A stretch of DNA of 64,000 nt from Botryllus schlosseri. Taxonomy: Eukaryota. Position 1 is the first letter of the stretch. Each line of letters opens with the position of its first letter. Made by a program: the position numbers and the translations under genes. The notes below the pieces were generated by a model. That model searched no databases. It saw only the letters and a list, made by a program, of their open reading frames with translations, and was not told the origin of the DNA. Below are positions 25,569-38,114 of this stretch, one piece after another. Where the stretch lies: contig CM119372.1 in the NCBI GenBank assembly GCA_051294905.1, positions 36,396,001 through 36,460,000 on the forward strand. Direction: 5' to 3'.

Positions 25569-28208
25569 TAGGGTGGAATGAAAAAAATAAAAATTTGAAT
25601 TTCAAAAAGTGCCTTTGATATTTGGTCCCCAATCTCAAATGAATTACTTCTATCATAATTTTAGGTTCCTGCACCCTCTAGTGGCCGTGCAATTTCACCG
25701 AACGAGCCGTAAATAGCTAATTTTGCCGCAACTTGATATACGCTTATGCTAGAAAGCTAGTTTTGGGCTTAAAAGCTGCGGAAGCAACATGTTTCTATCT
25801 CACTTCCATAGAACTTTGTCTTGAAAATGTACAGAAAAAAATTGACAAGGTAATTGTTATGTTCGTGCATTTTACGTGGGTATCGTTTGTTTCTTACTTG
25901 TCTAGGATTAGTAATAACCGCCAATCATTATTTCCTCGTGTGTCGTGCTTTGTATTTATACCCTGCGTTCTGTTGTCTACTGGTCTTTCGTTTAACTGAA
26001 CTCTGGATAGAGTCGCCTGTCTTAAAGTTATTCTGCTGTATAATATACTGATTTCATATTACAACCTCGTCGTATGAGTTATTGTTGAAACAAGATCAAG
26101 AACATAACACTAATCATTGAATTTCTAGGCCGCCATTAAAATATCGGTTGGTTTTACCAAGTTAGCAATGCCAATTTGCATGTTACAATTTGTTACGTTG
26201 CTGCTTTAACAACAAAATCTTGTTTGGCAGACCTGCGAGTTGATTTAAATATCAACCTAGCATAATTTTGATGAGGAAAAGAGAATGATTGAACTTTCAT
26301 AATATTGCAGCATCACAAACGTTTGTCATGAACTTGGTGGAACGCGTATCTTCTTTTTCAACTCTACAGCAAACGATAGGTCTAGATTGTTCAAAAAGTG
26401 AATCAGTTGCAGTAAATCAGCTATATAATTCATTCATACCTCATACCTGTATGTTTTGTTGAAAATTACGATTTTCGTATCAATTGAAAAATTGGTTAAC
26501 TGGGTTATATATTATACATATTGAACAAGCTGCTGTACTCATCCTTGGAATATTCTGGAACTTTGATAGTCAACCTTAAGTCTCCCAGTAGGAGTGATGA
26601 TAACTCATTTTTAAAGCGTTCTGGTTTCTGGTGTATCTTGGAGTTGATCATGATCATATAATACTCTGGTATATTGGTTTCAAAACTGACTTCTCCATGT
26701 ACACATTGTACAAGGTCATAGGCCGCTGGCTGCATGAATAGATCGCTGCATTATACTCTGCTATGTGTTTGAATTGAACTGATATTGTCTAGTATAAGTA
26801 CAGATTCGGAATTTCATCATGTTCGACTTATAGCATAGTGTCGTTTATCATATGTAAAGTACTTGACATAATGTTATCAAGTAAAAGATCCACGTCTGTT
26901 GTTGCTTGCAAGAGTTGCACAGTGGAGAAACTTTTTAAAGTGTTGTTGGTTTTCCTTCTGGAATACTCCCAACTAAAAGACAAGTGATTGAGGGTATGCT
27001 CAACTTTGATCACTTTAGTTGTGATCAAACAACTGTCTTCAACCGTCTTTTAGCAAGGAGTATTCCAGAAGGAAAACCATCAATACTTTGAAAAGTTTAT
27101 CCACAGCTCAACTTATTGCAAGCACCGACTGACTTGGATCTTTTTCCTGTTAACATTATGTCAAATACTTGTACATATGATAAACCACAATCGGCTATAA
27201 GTCGAACATGATAAAATTCTGAATCTGTACATCTTCCAGACAATATCAGTTCAATACACACACATAGCAGAGTATATTACAGCGACCTGTTAATACAGCC
27301 AGCATTATATGATACTACACATGGAGGAGTCAGTTTTAACACCATTATACCAGAGTATTATATGATCAACTCCAAGATACACCAGAAACCAGAACACTAT
27401 CAAATTAAGTTATCATCACTCCTACTTGGAGACTTGAGGTTGACTCTCAAAGTTCCAAAATATCCCAAAGATGAGTACAACTGCTTGTATAATATGTATA
27501 ATATATAAAACAGCTTACCAATGTCTCACTTGATATCAAAGTCGTCATTTTCAACAAAACATACAGGTATTAGGTACATATAAATTATATAGCTGATTTA
27601 CTGTAACTGATTCACTTTTTGAACAATCTAGGCTAGGCCTATCGTTTGTTTTAGAGTTGAACATGAACAGGAAGATACCATTTTTACCAAGTTCATATCA
27701 TAAAGGTTTGTGATGATGTAATATGATGAAAGTTCGTGATGTAAATTCAATCATTCTCTATACTAATCAAAATTATGCTAGGTTGATTTATAAATCAACT
27801 CGTAGATCCTCCAAACAAGATTTTGTTGTTAAAGCAGCAATGTAATAAATTGTAACATGCAAATTGGCATTGCACACTTGGTAAAACCAACCGACATTTT
27901 ATTGGCGGCCTAAAAATCAATAATTTGCTTGTAACTTTTTTTCTGTACATTTTCAAGACAAAATTTTATGGAAGTGAGATAGAAACATGTTGCTTCCGCA
28001 GCTTTTAAGCCCAAAACTAGCATTCTAGCATAAGTGGGTATCAAGATATCGCAAAATTAGTAATTTTCGGCTCGTTTGGTAAAATTGCACGGCCACTAGA
28101 GGGTGCAGGAACCTGAAATTATAATAGAAGTAATTCATTCAAGATTTGGGACCAAATATCAAAGGCACTTTTGGAAATTCAAATTTTTCTTTTTTTCACT
28201 CCACCCTA
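25569..28208. mobile_element. hAT-type fold-back (palindromic) non-autonomous element, 2640 bp, in sulfatase intron 4
   Basis: Termini TAGGGTGGA...TCCACCCTA. 8-bp TSD GTAGGTAG at 25561-25568 and 28209-28216. The whole element is an imperfect inverted repeat centred on TTTGATCAC-tttagtt-GTGATCAAA (about 27005-27029). The right arm lacks about 260 bp present at about 25850-26120. Confidence 0.9.
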
Positions 28209-28478
28209 GTAGGTAGGGTTGCCATATTTTGAGATCCGAAAAAGAGGGCACTTTTTACGAGTTACATACGATATAATAGCGGACGAGAAAACGGGTATTT
28301 TGGAAATTTGTAGGTAAAATATTATTGGGTTAACTTGAAAAAGGTCATTTTTGCAACCGAAAGACCCTTTCCCCACGTAAAATGGTTGAAGTGGACCTTC
28401 CTTTTTAGTCAGCCATGCCGGAATCTTTTTAGTTGTCCATGTACACCGTACACTGTGTACACTCTGTACAGTGTACAC

Positions 28479-30025
28479 CAGGGGTGGGCAATTATTTTCG
28501 TCCGCGGGCCAAATGAGGAAAATAAATACGTTGGCGGGCCAAGTCAATAAATTTAGCTATATTCTTCAGCTTTGTTTCTAAATTACATTGTTAATAAATG
28601 CTGCTCGGTGAATGTATCGATATTAGGTAATGAGAAAGTGACGGTTAATTAAAAAATATCCACTAGCTGTCATGATTAGAAAATCTTTTAAACATGATAC
28701 ATTTTCGCTCTCTTTAAACCCCATATCCACGTTCTTCTATTGAGACTCTAAAACAGTGGTTCTCAAACATTTTTAGGCACGCCTCGCTTTATGATAGTGA
28801 GCAACTTCCCGCTCTCATAAAGTCGGCAGCTGAGACCCGAATACGGACGCATGCAAGAGAAAGAGTGAAAGAGTTAATGCGCTGATTGAAAGTCGCCCAA
28901 CGAGGAAGCATGATGTTGAAGATACTGACTCTACGATGATACTGAACTGTACCTATATGTGTGTCGTGACGCACAAGGCCTAAACGGCGATAAGCGTCAC
29001 TGTAATACCCGTGTAATAATAATAATAATAATAACTTCCCGCTAACTTATCAATTATCACAAAATATTAAAAAGTGTAACCAGAATGCTAGCAAACCTAA
29101 CAGATAGTTTGATGACATGGAAGATTATGGCTGTTGATGAGAGAATTGTGAAATATCAAAGTCGGACAATACTCAGAGCAACAACTATAATCTGGACGTA
29201 TATCACGCGGGGCGCGAAAAATTTTTTCACTAAACTTCGGCTTCGCGCCACCTTTCTGATGCTCTCACGTTTCCCAGTTCGAGATCCACACTACTGAAAT
29301 GTATATGCAATTGTACAAAGCTTATTTTCTTGGTTGCTGCCTTCCGAGCAATGTGCAGGTTAAATAGTCTTTATGTTGAGCGAAGCCTGCAGTTTTTCTG
29401 AACTTCGCCCTCGCTTGACCGAGTGTTTCGTGCTTTTGTCATAAGACTGACTTTAATTGAAATCCTTAATCTCGGCAACATGATCGGCAAAAACTGAAAG
29501 GATGGGTTTACCCCTGACTCCAGTATGCGAATATTTAGTGCTTTAAATTCTAAACCTAAACCTTATTTGAATTTCAGTTTTCGGTTTTTCTTGGCATGAC
29601 CGTTAATCCTTTATGGGTGATAGATATGACGTTGACGAGTCATATAATAATCGCGATTCGCGAGCACTAATCGACTTGTTTCACGAATTAGGGATTTGGA
29701 AACGTATCACGTCACAATTTGAGAAACACCGTATAATGCGTATTGTGACAATGTCAACAAGGAAGGTTTGCACTAAACTATATGGAGAGAGTGATTTCTT
29801 GCGACTTCAATTGCTACTCATACTTTGCCACGTTGCCTTTGTTTTGAATCTGGATTGCCGGCGTACTCGTGGCAATGAACAGGCTTCAGAGTAAACGAAT
29901 TTCCTGTTCATTTGATACAGCCTATGACTTTAGTCATTCAAAAAGCAAGTTTTATGTTTTGAATTCCAGCAACCTTTCGCGGGCCGCATAGAATAGCTTC
30001 GCGGGCCGCACTTTGCCCAGGTCTG
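28479..30025. mobile_element. hAT-type MITE with further nested repeats
   Basis: Ends CAGGGGTGGGCAA...TTGCCCAGGTCTG with subterminal GCGGGCC motifs. Perfect 8-bp TSD GTGTACAC at 28471-28478 and 30026-30033. It lies inside a TAGGGTTGCCATA-type MITE (about 28214-30117). Confidence 0.8.
28812..29033 (+). mobile_element. 5'-truncated SINE (same family as the split SINE) with TAA-repeat tail
   Basis: AAGTCGGCAGCTGAGACCCGAATACGGACGCATG...GTCGTGACGCACAAGGCCTAAACGGCGATAAGCGTCACTG...(TAA)n. Confidence 0.7.
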
Positions 30026-30532
30026 GTGTACACTGAGCAATCGTTCTCGAAGCTATAAGGAGAACGAATTGCGAAAAAGGAGGACAGGTCCTTCTAAAGG
30101 TGGACGTATGGTAACCGTACCTATAGGTGCTATCGAATATCCATCATCAAAGTATACCTCGATGGGCCGGATCTTTCTCTATCACATGCTAGTACAAAAC
30201 TAATATACTATAAGCCTACATTTTAAAATAAAAAGGAAAATGTATTGAAACATTTTCAGTTGGCACTATGCGGGGAAATCGTCATCAAATGAAGAATTAA
30301 AAAAACTTTACAATAACTTCAGCTCATGCAACTTATATGGTCACGTTATAAAAATAATCACGGCATAAAACGCAGAGTAACGCAGGTGTGGGATGTCCGA
30401 TTATAAAGTGGACATTCGTACTGATGATTTATGAGAAAACAATCTTCGAGTCTGCCGTCACCGACACTCAACGAGAGATGTAACGATGTCATGGACGGAA
30501 TACACCTAGATTTAGGACATCAAAAGACTTAC

Positions 30533-30712
30533 CGGATATCATGTAGGTGGCACGGTTTTCAAATGTAATTGTCGGAATGGTAATTGCGAGATTAGCATTG
30601 GTATTCAACGCGAGAAACGGACCCAATCCACTTCCAGTCACGGGAGTTTGCTGTGGTAAAATAGCTCCCACCTGTCTCAGCCCTCTTTTGAAGCCGATCT
30701 CGTATGTGTCGC
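30533..30712 (-). CDS. Alkyl sulfatase exon 4
   Basis: Probable acceptor TTTCTAG|GC (66-nt in-frame intron 30713-30778). Encodes DTYEIGFKRGLRQVGAILP...GSGLGPFL...PTITFEN. Donor TCCG|GTAAGT at 30533/30532. Confidence 0.8.
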
Positions 30713-30778
30713 CTAGAAATGAATAGCCGTGGAGCATATGTTCAAGGAGCCTACATTCGAAAGGAAACGAGTATTTAC

Positions 30779-30889
30779 TGAATCCAAACATCAGTTCTTT
30801 GGTAATCACATGTGAGTAGACCTCAATGGTAGTGTTCGGGTGCACCTTTTTCTCCTCTTGAATCAATGCGGTCGTTCCGGTGATATGAT
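30779..30889 (-). CDS. Alkyl sulfatase exon 3
   Basis: Acceptor TTTGCAG|AT completes THFHT-D-H (HxHxDH Zn motif). Encodes DHITGTTAL...IEVYSHVITKELMFGF. Probable donor TTCA|GTAAAT at 30779/30778. Confidence 0.8.
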
Positions 30890-33800
30890 CTGCAAATATT
30901 CTACCTATCAGTTCAAGGCTGTGGAGAGGCAATCATTTTTTAAGAGTACTGGGGAACTTCATCCAGGGAACGCTCTAAAATCTGTCCATCCATCTAAAGG
31001 CAATTTCATCACTACCCTTTATACCAGAGGTCTCGAACACGTGGCCCGATGCGGTCCGCGTCGAAATTTCAGATTTCATAATATCCCGAAAGCTTTAATG
31101 GTGGCATGATGCATCTGTCTTCCCTGCACATAGGGTCATTTCATCGTTACTAGGCTACATTTCACAGACACACACACACCATTTCCGTAGCGAATTAAAT
31201 ACGGTATTACGCGATTCACGGATGAGGTAGGTTTGGTAAGAGCGACATCAATACTTATCTATTTATATTTATTGGCTTACCACGCCGCGAAATCCCAAAT
31301 AACAATGTTATGAAACGCCGGGGTGCATTTATTTTCGCGCCCCACGGGAGAAATTTTCGAAGTATTCAAACGATTTTCTTCAATATTACTGGTACCGCAC
31401 TCTTAACGAAAAGAGTGTGTATTTCCTCCCGTATATTACCCCTGATATACGGGTGTGGACAATGGACATACACCGATGACTCACGAGACCTGATCCTCTC
31501 AGACTTATGACGATTTATAAATCGAGTTCAACATTTTAATCCAAATTATGCATGCAAACAGGTACGCTCGAAGGTCTGCACGCAGTAGGGCGGGGCATGG
31601 ACTGGAGTCGGATTGGATATCTGGCCGGATTTTCTTATTTTCGGCCGGAGCTGGTTCGGAGCCGGACCAGTACATTTTACGAAGAATAGGATAACCTGAC
31701 CCTCTTCCACCATCTAATCAATAGATAAAGTGAAACGTGCATGGAAACAAACCCCATGCAAGTCCAAGTTGGCATAATTACTTCTACTTTGAATTGATCT
31801 TTGAGTTTTAAAATTTCCTTTTTTAAAATTTCTTTTCGAACAGGATCACGGTCATTTCTAGAATCCGCCCTAGGAGTCGGACCAGAGCTTTAAAAACAGA
31901 TTCTGAGTAGGACCAGAGAATTTGTCGATCCACTCAGCACTGGCACGTAGACACGATAGATTTAGGGGCGCGATATTATTTTGAGTTAGGCTCTGTTTTC
32001 ACGCACAACCCTTGGCCCTTTGGGTGTGAATGGACACTCGCTGCTACTTGGATATACGTGATCTGATATACCAGTAAAGCTATGGACGTCTGTCGCTACT
32101 CAATAAATTAGGAATCACAAGTCCATTCGAGTCCATTCTTTTTCTGTGCGGATGGCATTTGTACCGCAAGGCTCAGATTACAGAGACCGAAGTAATCATC
32201 TCCGGCAATTTCTGAGCCTGGGCATATTAACATTGAAAGCGCCAACCGAATTGTGCTGCTCATTTTCTGACAAGGTTTTATCGCTGTCAATCTATCTGGG
32301 AGACCACTTCGCTGGTACCTAGTCCGGCCCTACAGAAACGTGATCATCTCAAAGGCCATTTTTAAGGTTTGGTTTGAGTGACCGCTAAGTAGTTTTAAGA
32401 GACCGCTAGTGTTTCATTTAAATACCAAAAATAGCGATATTTGTATAATAGTCTATTCTAAATTTCTATCGCAAACTGTATATCGAGGGTCGCCAACCTT
32501 TTCGAAACCAAGAGCTACTTTTTGGGTACTGATTAATACGACGTGGTACCAGTTACTCCCGCCGTTTATCCGTGCTCAGTTGGATTCCTTTACTTGGACA
32601 TTCAGAGCACAGGGCAGGGTATCCGTCTCTTACCACGAACAGAAAACTCTCACTCACCGGGACTCACACCAGCTTCTCTGGGCCCAGCAGTTGCGTTGCC
32701 TCACTGCGCGACGAAGCGCCATTATCCGAGTCGAGACTCCGGAATATTAACCAGATTATTGTTAAGTAGGATTACCATATTTTGAAATCGGGAAAACATT
32801 TTTTCAAACTTTTTAAACTTAGGATACCGGAAGAAAATCTTGAAAAAATGGTAATTTCTTCCCAATTAGTGGTCGGTTGACTAAAAAAGGTCATCTTTCA
32901 CGCTCAGCGCCCGAAATACAGTTTTTCTTCCACATTTTCAGCTGGTTGACTAAAAAAAAGATTAACTTTCCGGCTCAGGTCCCGAAATAGCCGCCGGAGC
33001 GTTAGTCCAGTGCTGATTTACTGTATCTCGGTCAAATTTTGCCATATATTGAACAAAAATCGCAAAAAAGAGGACAAAATCTTAAAAAGGAGGACATCTA
33101 GGCATCCTCGGAGGACATTTTCAAAAACCAAAGAAAAGGAGACAAATCCTCCTAAAGCTAACCCTACCGTTAAGCATCCGCGTGGGCGAAGAGGAGCAAC
33201 GCCCCGATCGGAAACTGCGCTCCTATGTCGACTGACCCATATTAAACTGATCCTCATATGGAACCCTTCTCCGCTTCGACTTTCAAATCTCTCATTTTAA
33301 TATTTGCTACTGCGGCCGCGGGCTACTAATCTGGTCCTCGCGGGCTACCGGTAGCCCTCGGGCACCACGTTCGTGACCCCTGCTTTATATAATGCCAAAA
33401 ATATTCTCCCACCTAAGAGAAGCTTCGGTTAAGTTACTTCAAAACCAATTGCTAAAACTAAACGTCGTGTTGAGTAAATGCGTTTATGACATCATAAGCT
33501 TCATAATATTAGGATTAAGTCAGAGAGGAGTCCAGAAGGAATAGAATTAATTCGGATGTAGGTTTCGCAAGATACAAGAGTTATTACGTTATTTCTGATT
33601 TCTAAGGTTACTTTAGGACAAACGTTAATCTCTAAAGATACGGCACAAACCTAGGCATCTAAACTACGTATAATCAACGAACGTAAAATCATTTATTCGA
33701 CAAGGCACAGCGATTGTGAAAGTGACCAAACAGCGTGTCCAACAAGGCCGCCAGACATGTTTGCCGCACAATCACAAAAAGTGTGCTTGTTGGCTTCTGC

Positions 33801-34541
33801 TTGTTATGTTTCCACATGTAAAAATCGATCATTAGGCGCCATAACCAGAAATAAACATTGACGAGAATCAAAGGCCCACGTTTTTGTGAACAACTCTTTA
33901 ATTCAGCTGTTAGCTGTACCTCCATTTATTCTTTTTCCGGACGTGAACAATTGATCGTAGGCTATTTTCGTATTATCGACAAGACATAGCAAGAAACAAC
34001 TATACGTCTACTGTAGTTGCAAGTCCAAATTCTGAGAGAGCGCTGGAGAAATTTTGGGACCTTTTCGGTCCTCCAAAATACCTTTAAAACACTGTCAAAG
34101 GCCACAGGCGTTCCTGCGAACATTGAACATACCGTTCTCTCACAATTGCGAATACAGTCAGACTCAAGTGTAAATTCTGCTTATTCGTTTTCGGGAGGTG
34201 GTACCCACATCGAAACCAAGAAAACCCAGCGACCTTAAATCACGCGTGGTGCGAAGAAAAATATCAAGTTGAATACATCTGTAATAAGATTCTGTTAATT
34301 TTTGTGAGGTTCAGACAACTTTCGAAATTTCTGGCGTCCCTTTCCCTCTCTCCCTACTACAGCATCCGCAACCCATTGGTATTGCAGCGGTGGAACATAA
34401 TAGCACTGCGCCAATTGCGCCTAGATTATGTAGTCAAAACGACATTACGCGGAAAATATCACGAAATATCGGGAACTATAGTTTAGTCAGATTGGAGCAA
34501 ATTTTAAACTCACAAGGAAATCAGATTTCTAGAGCGTTTAC

Positions 34542-34667
34542 CTGTATGGAAGTGAGTGAATACAATTGCAACCACTGGTTTCATCGTTATTTTGCGGAAT
34601 TCCACCATTATGCTCTTCATGCTCTCCCCACTTTCCGTTGTGTCGACGATGATCACTCCATCATCGC
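34542..34667 (-). CDS. Alkyl sulfatase exon 2
   Basis: Acceptor TTCGTAG|GC after a 73-nt intron (34668-34740). Encodes GDDGVIIVDTTES...KPVVAIVFTHFHT. Donor ACAG|GTAAAC at 34542/34541. Confidence 0.9.
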
Positions 34668-34740
34668 CTACGAATGTAAAAAGAATGATAGCCCGATTCA
34701 ACCAGAATCAAATTCACACTTTACACAGTTTCATACAAAC

Positions 34741-35025
34741 CTTCGATCATGATGCTGTTGGCCAACGCCCATCCTATAGCGACGTAGATATTGTCATCGA
34801 CTTTGACGACTTCCTTCGTGAGAAACTCCCTCTTGGTGTATTCGACCAATTTCTTCGATGATTCGGTGACGTCGCTCGATTTGGATAACGGCTCGGTGAT
34901 GTAGTCGAATCCTGTATCCTTATCCCCATGATGCCATCCACCTTTGCCTACCATCACCGAGACATACCCCAAACGGTCACAACAGCCGTTGTTAAACCTA
35001 TCGTGAGATACGTTGTCTTTTGCAT
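34741..35025 (-). CDS. Alkyl sulfatase (SdsA1/YjcS/BDS1-like, MBL fold), exon 1
   Basis: Encodes ...EVVKVDDNIYVAIGWALANSIMIEG, the typical start of the MBL domain of this family. Donor GAAG|GTTTGT at 34741/34740. ATG at 35025 gives a hydrophobic leader (MQKTTYLTIGLTTAVVTV) but needs +1 nt at 34971-34973 to join the frame. An alternative in-frame ATG lies at 34954. Confidence 0.75.
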
Positions 35026-38000
35026 TATTGCTTTTATTAGAATAACCTCGAAGACTTAATGCTATACCCTGTATATCGGGTGAACTATGATCATAATGCG
35101 TGAGCGGCGCATACTTATATAATATTCAGTAGCTCCATGTATTTGTATTAAATATATTGACTCTGTTCATCAACTCAGTCTGTCGTCATGGTCACACGGG
35201 AAATACAATAATACACATGTCAAATTGATGGGGTGAAGATAATGAAATTTATACGTTTGTGAGCGCAATGAAGTTTTTTCCAGAAAAGAAATATGGGTGT
35301 GTGTCCCGTGTCGATAACCTGCAACAATCCATCTCGCTTTCATGAACAATGAACATCAATATGGGAGGGGGGGATGTTAACGACCATGCGCAATTGAGTG
35401 TATTGCGATCGCGACATACGATATTCTGCACGCGTCTGCCGAATTGCAAATGCAACGTGCCTTCAACAAACCGAAAGTCAAATTATTTATGATAATTATA
35501 ACTGGTGCATATTCACATAATCCGGGAGCCCAAAAGAAAATGGCGAGATTGATGTAAACTTTGAAAATTTCACTAACCAAGTCAAATTGTTATTCATATG
35601 CAATACATCAACAAAGAAATGCGGTAGATGAAGAATCGACACGGGTTGCAGAGGTGTAGATAATTGAAAATGAAGAATCGAAATTACAGAAATCATGCTG
35701 CGATTTTCGAGTACAAGTGTAATTCATTATTAATATTACTGTTATTGTTACGGGAGGTCAAGAGCCCCACTCAACTAATACATATGATTTATGGTATGAT
35801 ACGCCCTTCTTGGCCGTCATTGGTTGTAGTTAATTAGGCCTGATCACTAGTCGAATTGACACTGTTGTTGTACGCAATCGAAACCCCGTCCATCTGAAAT
35901 GCCAATTCTGTCTGCAGTATACTATTTGTAATCTCACATAGATACGCAATTGCGATCGCGCTGTTACGTCTCGACCGAACAATACGATAAGACATTCCTA
36001 GGTGAAGCCTCGCATTTCTGAACAGTAGGAGTCATTGATTTGCGATTAAGTATCATTACTTTTTTGTGCTGAGTGAAAACTATATTTCAGTGATTTGTTC
36101 TTTTGATATCCGGTTGATGCACAGCTCATTTCATGATCCAGTATTATCTTGTAATGTATTGAATCTGTGAGTATAGGTATTAGGTGGTTGATTTTTTTAT
36201 TTTATGATTCAACGAAAATTTGGGGTTCCGCGAAGGCATGTAGAATTGTAGATTAGCATAAGTGTTGTGCAGATGGATAATGGTCAAGAGCCACTGTTTT
36301 ATGGTGTGTCAAGTTCAATTGAAGAAGATATGTCTCAATAGGTTTCAAGCACTTGTATCCAGCTATATGCGAAAATATATGCTCGTTAGCAACAAGTGGC
36401 TGGCTGGATGCATTTCAACAGTATTTTCCGACAGATGTGAAAAATGAACATCAATTCGGAAAATGTTAACAAGGCACCGTTTAGCATCCGATGTGTACTA
36501 TTGCACCGTGACTAATGGGTATAATCCTAAAATATAGCTACGCGTCTGCCGCATTGTGGAGCTTGCCAACGTTTAAAGCTAAGCTTAGGCTACTCGAGTG
36601 CATGCGGAATTAAAAAATAGTTTGCGGAGATCGACCAAGCAATCTGTAGGATGGAATAACGTTTTGGTATAACATCATATATCATGCGACACATCGGCAC
36701 ACCTGAGCATGTGGGTTAAATTACAGGTTAAGAGTGGGTTAGGGTTGAATTTAGGCCTGGGTTAGGGCAATGCTTGGGGTTAGGATATATAGCGGTTAAT
36801 TTCAGGGTGATGTTTCGGGTTAGGGTTAGTTTTGGGCTCATAAAGTTACATGCTGAAGGGACGCATGCTAAAATGTCCCATGGTCAACTGTCGTTTTCCA
36901 TTGTGTCGCATGCTCAAATTGCTCATATGTCGGCAACCCATTTCAGTTTCTTCCCTCATTCTGATTTGGTGACGGGTGTACGTATATTGTACAACTAAGA
37001 ACTAGCCTACTTGTCTCCAAACTCGTGTTGTAGCATTTTGTATGCTGAAAGTACGCGGAAGCACTCTACTAACTGTTATCATGATCGAAATCAGACCAAA
37101 CAGCAAATACTATTACATAACATTTTTTTGGCAAATTTGGAGTGACAGAGAAACATATATGGGCTCAGTAAGATGGCTGATGCCAGTATTGTTGGCTATT
37201 TATTATGTCTAGTTTAAAATTCCAAATGCCCATAAAATATCGTTACGGCGACGGTGAGTCGCGTAAGGCACGAAGATAAATTTCCAAGTTGAATAAATTT
37301 GCTACCAAGTACTCAGTTTTATGTTTATTTACAATGTATTATCAAGACTCCTATTAAATGAAGTGACGGGGGGAATATCGCGAACTGCGCACAGGAAACT
37401 GATTGATGAATGTTTGAAGAATGTCAAATATTGTGAAAAGTAACTAATAGCAATAGTATAGTATGAGTGAAGTTGTACAATATTAATGAGATGTATTTCC
37501 ATGCATATTTGTAATCGAAATTGCTTAATCGAAGTAACGACACACGAGGAACTGTCTATGTATGTAATCTGTATAGGCTACTGTGAACGTGGTCCGATAG
37601 CGCGATTCATTCGTGGGACTACAATAATATGTTACCAACTGCCCATAGTCACAAATAAAGTGGCGTAGCCTACATGTAATGTAACTTCCGGAACATGAGT
37701 GGATGCTAGGAATGTGTATTTGGATATCTAGTACTTCGCATTTACAGACGGAGGACGAAAAACAGTAAACAAAATGCTCTTTTATAATTTGAAGACAAGT
37801 GCTACCGTTAGTAAAAATAGCTCTTATGAGTCAATATTATCCGTTTACAACACACTCTTACTTGGGTCTATAAACTTGGAATTGAAGAGGATAAATCGTA
37901 AACGAATATCTTATGCAATTTCAATTCTTGAGCACCGACTTACATGATAAAATCGTCGAAGGTGGGTCGTGAAACTTTCGACTTTACGAGCACCATCACG

Positions 38001-38114
38001 TGTTCACCTGAAGCAGACGTTCTCAGTCGTGATTTGTTCTCAATTTGGCACAGTATTTGCGGATTCGGGAAATGGAAAATTCGCCTATCAAACAACATAT
38101 AATGATGGGTTAAC

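Noticed and set aside
26505..27028. ORFs inside the hAT fold-back as a transposase
   Set aside because: Short, with no hAT motifs recognised, and the mirror arm has frame-breaking differences.
32560..32745. Possible ncRNA or tRNA-like element on the minus strand
   Set aside because: Only degenerate A/B-box-like words and no cloverleaf. At most an old SINE fragment inside a MITE.
34948..34967. 20-nt GT...AG micro-intron that would also restore the sulfatase frame
   Set aside because: GTATGT...GGTAG is frame-restoring but far below the 66-73-nt intron size seen in this gene, and it has no pyrimidine tract. A 1-nt indel is more parsimonious.
36712..36840. Interstitial telomere (TTAGGG-like)
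   Set aside because: Only scattered degenerate GGGTTAGGGTT words inside a small element with inverted flanks, not a tandem telomeric array.
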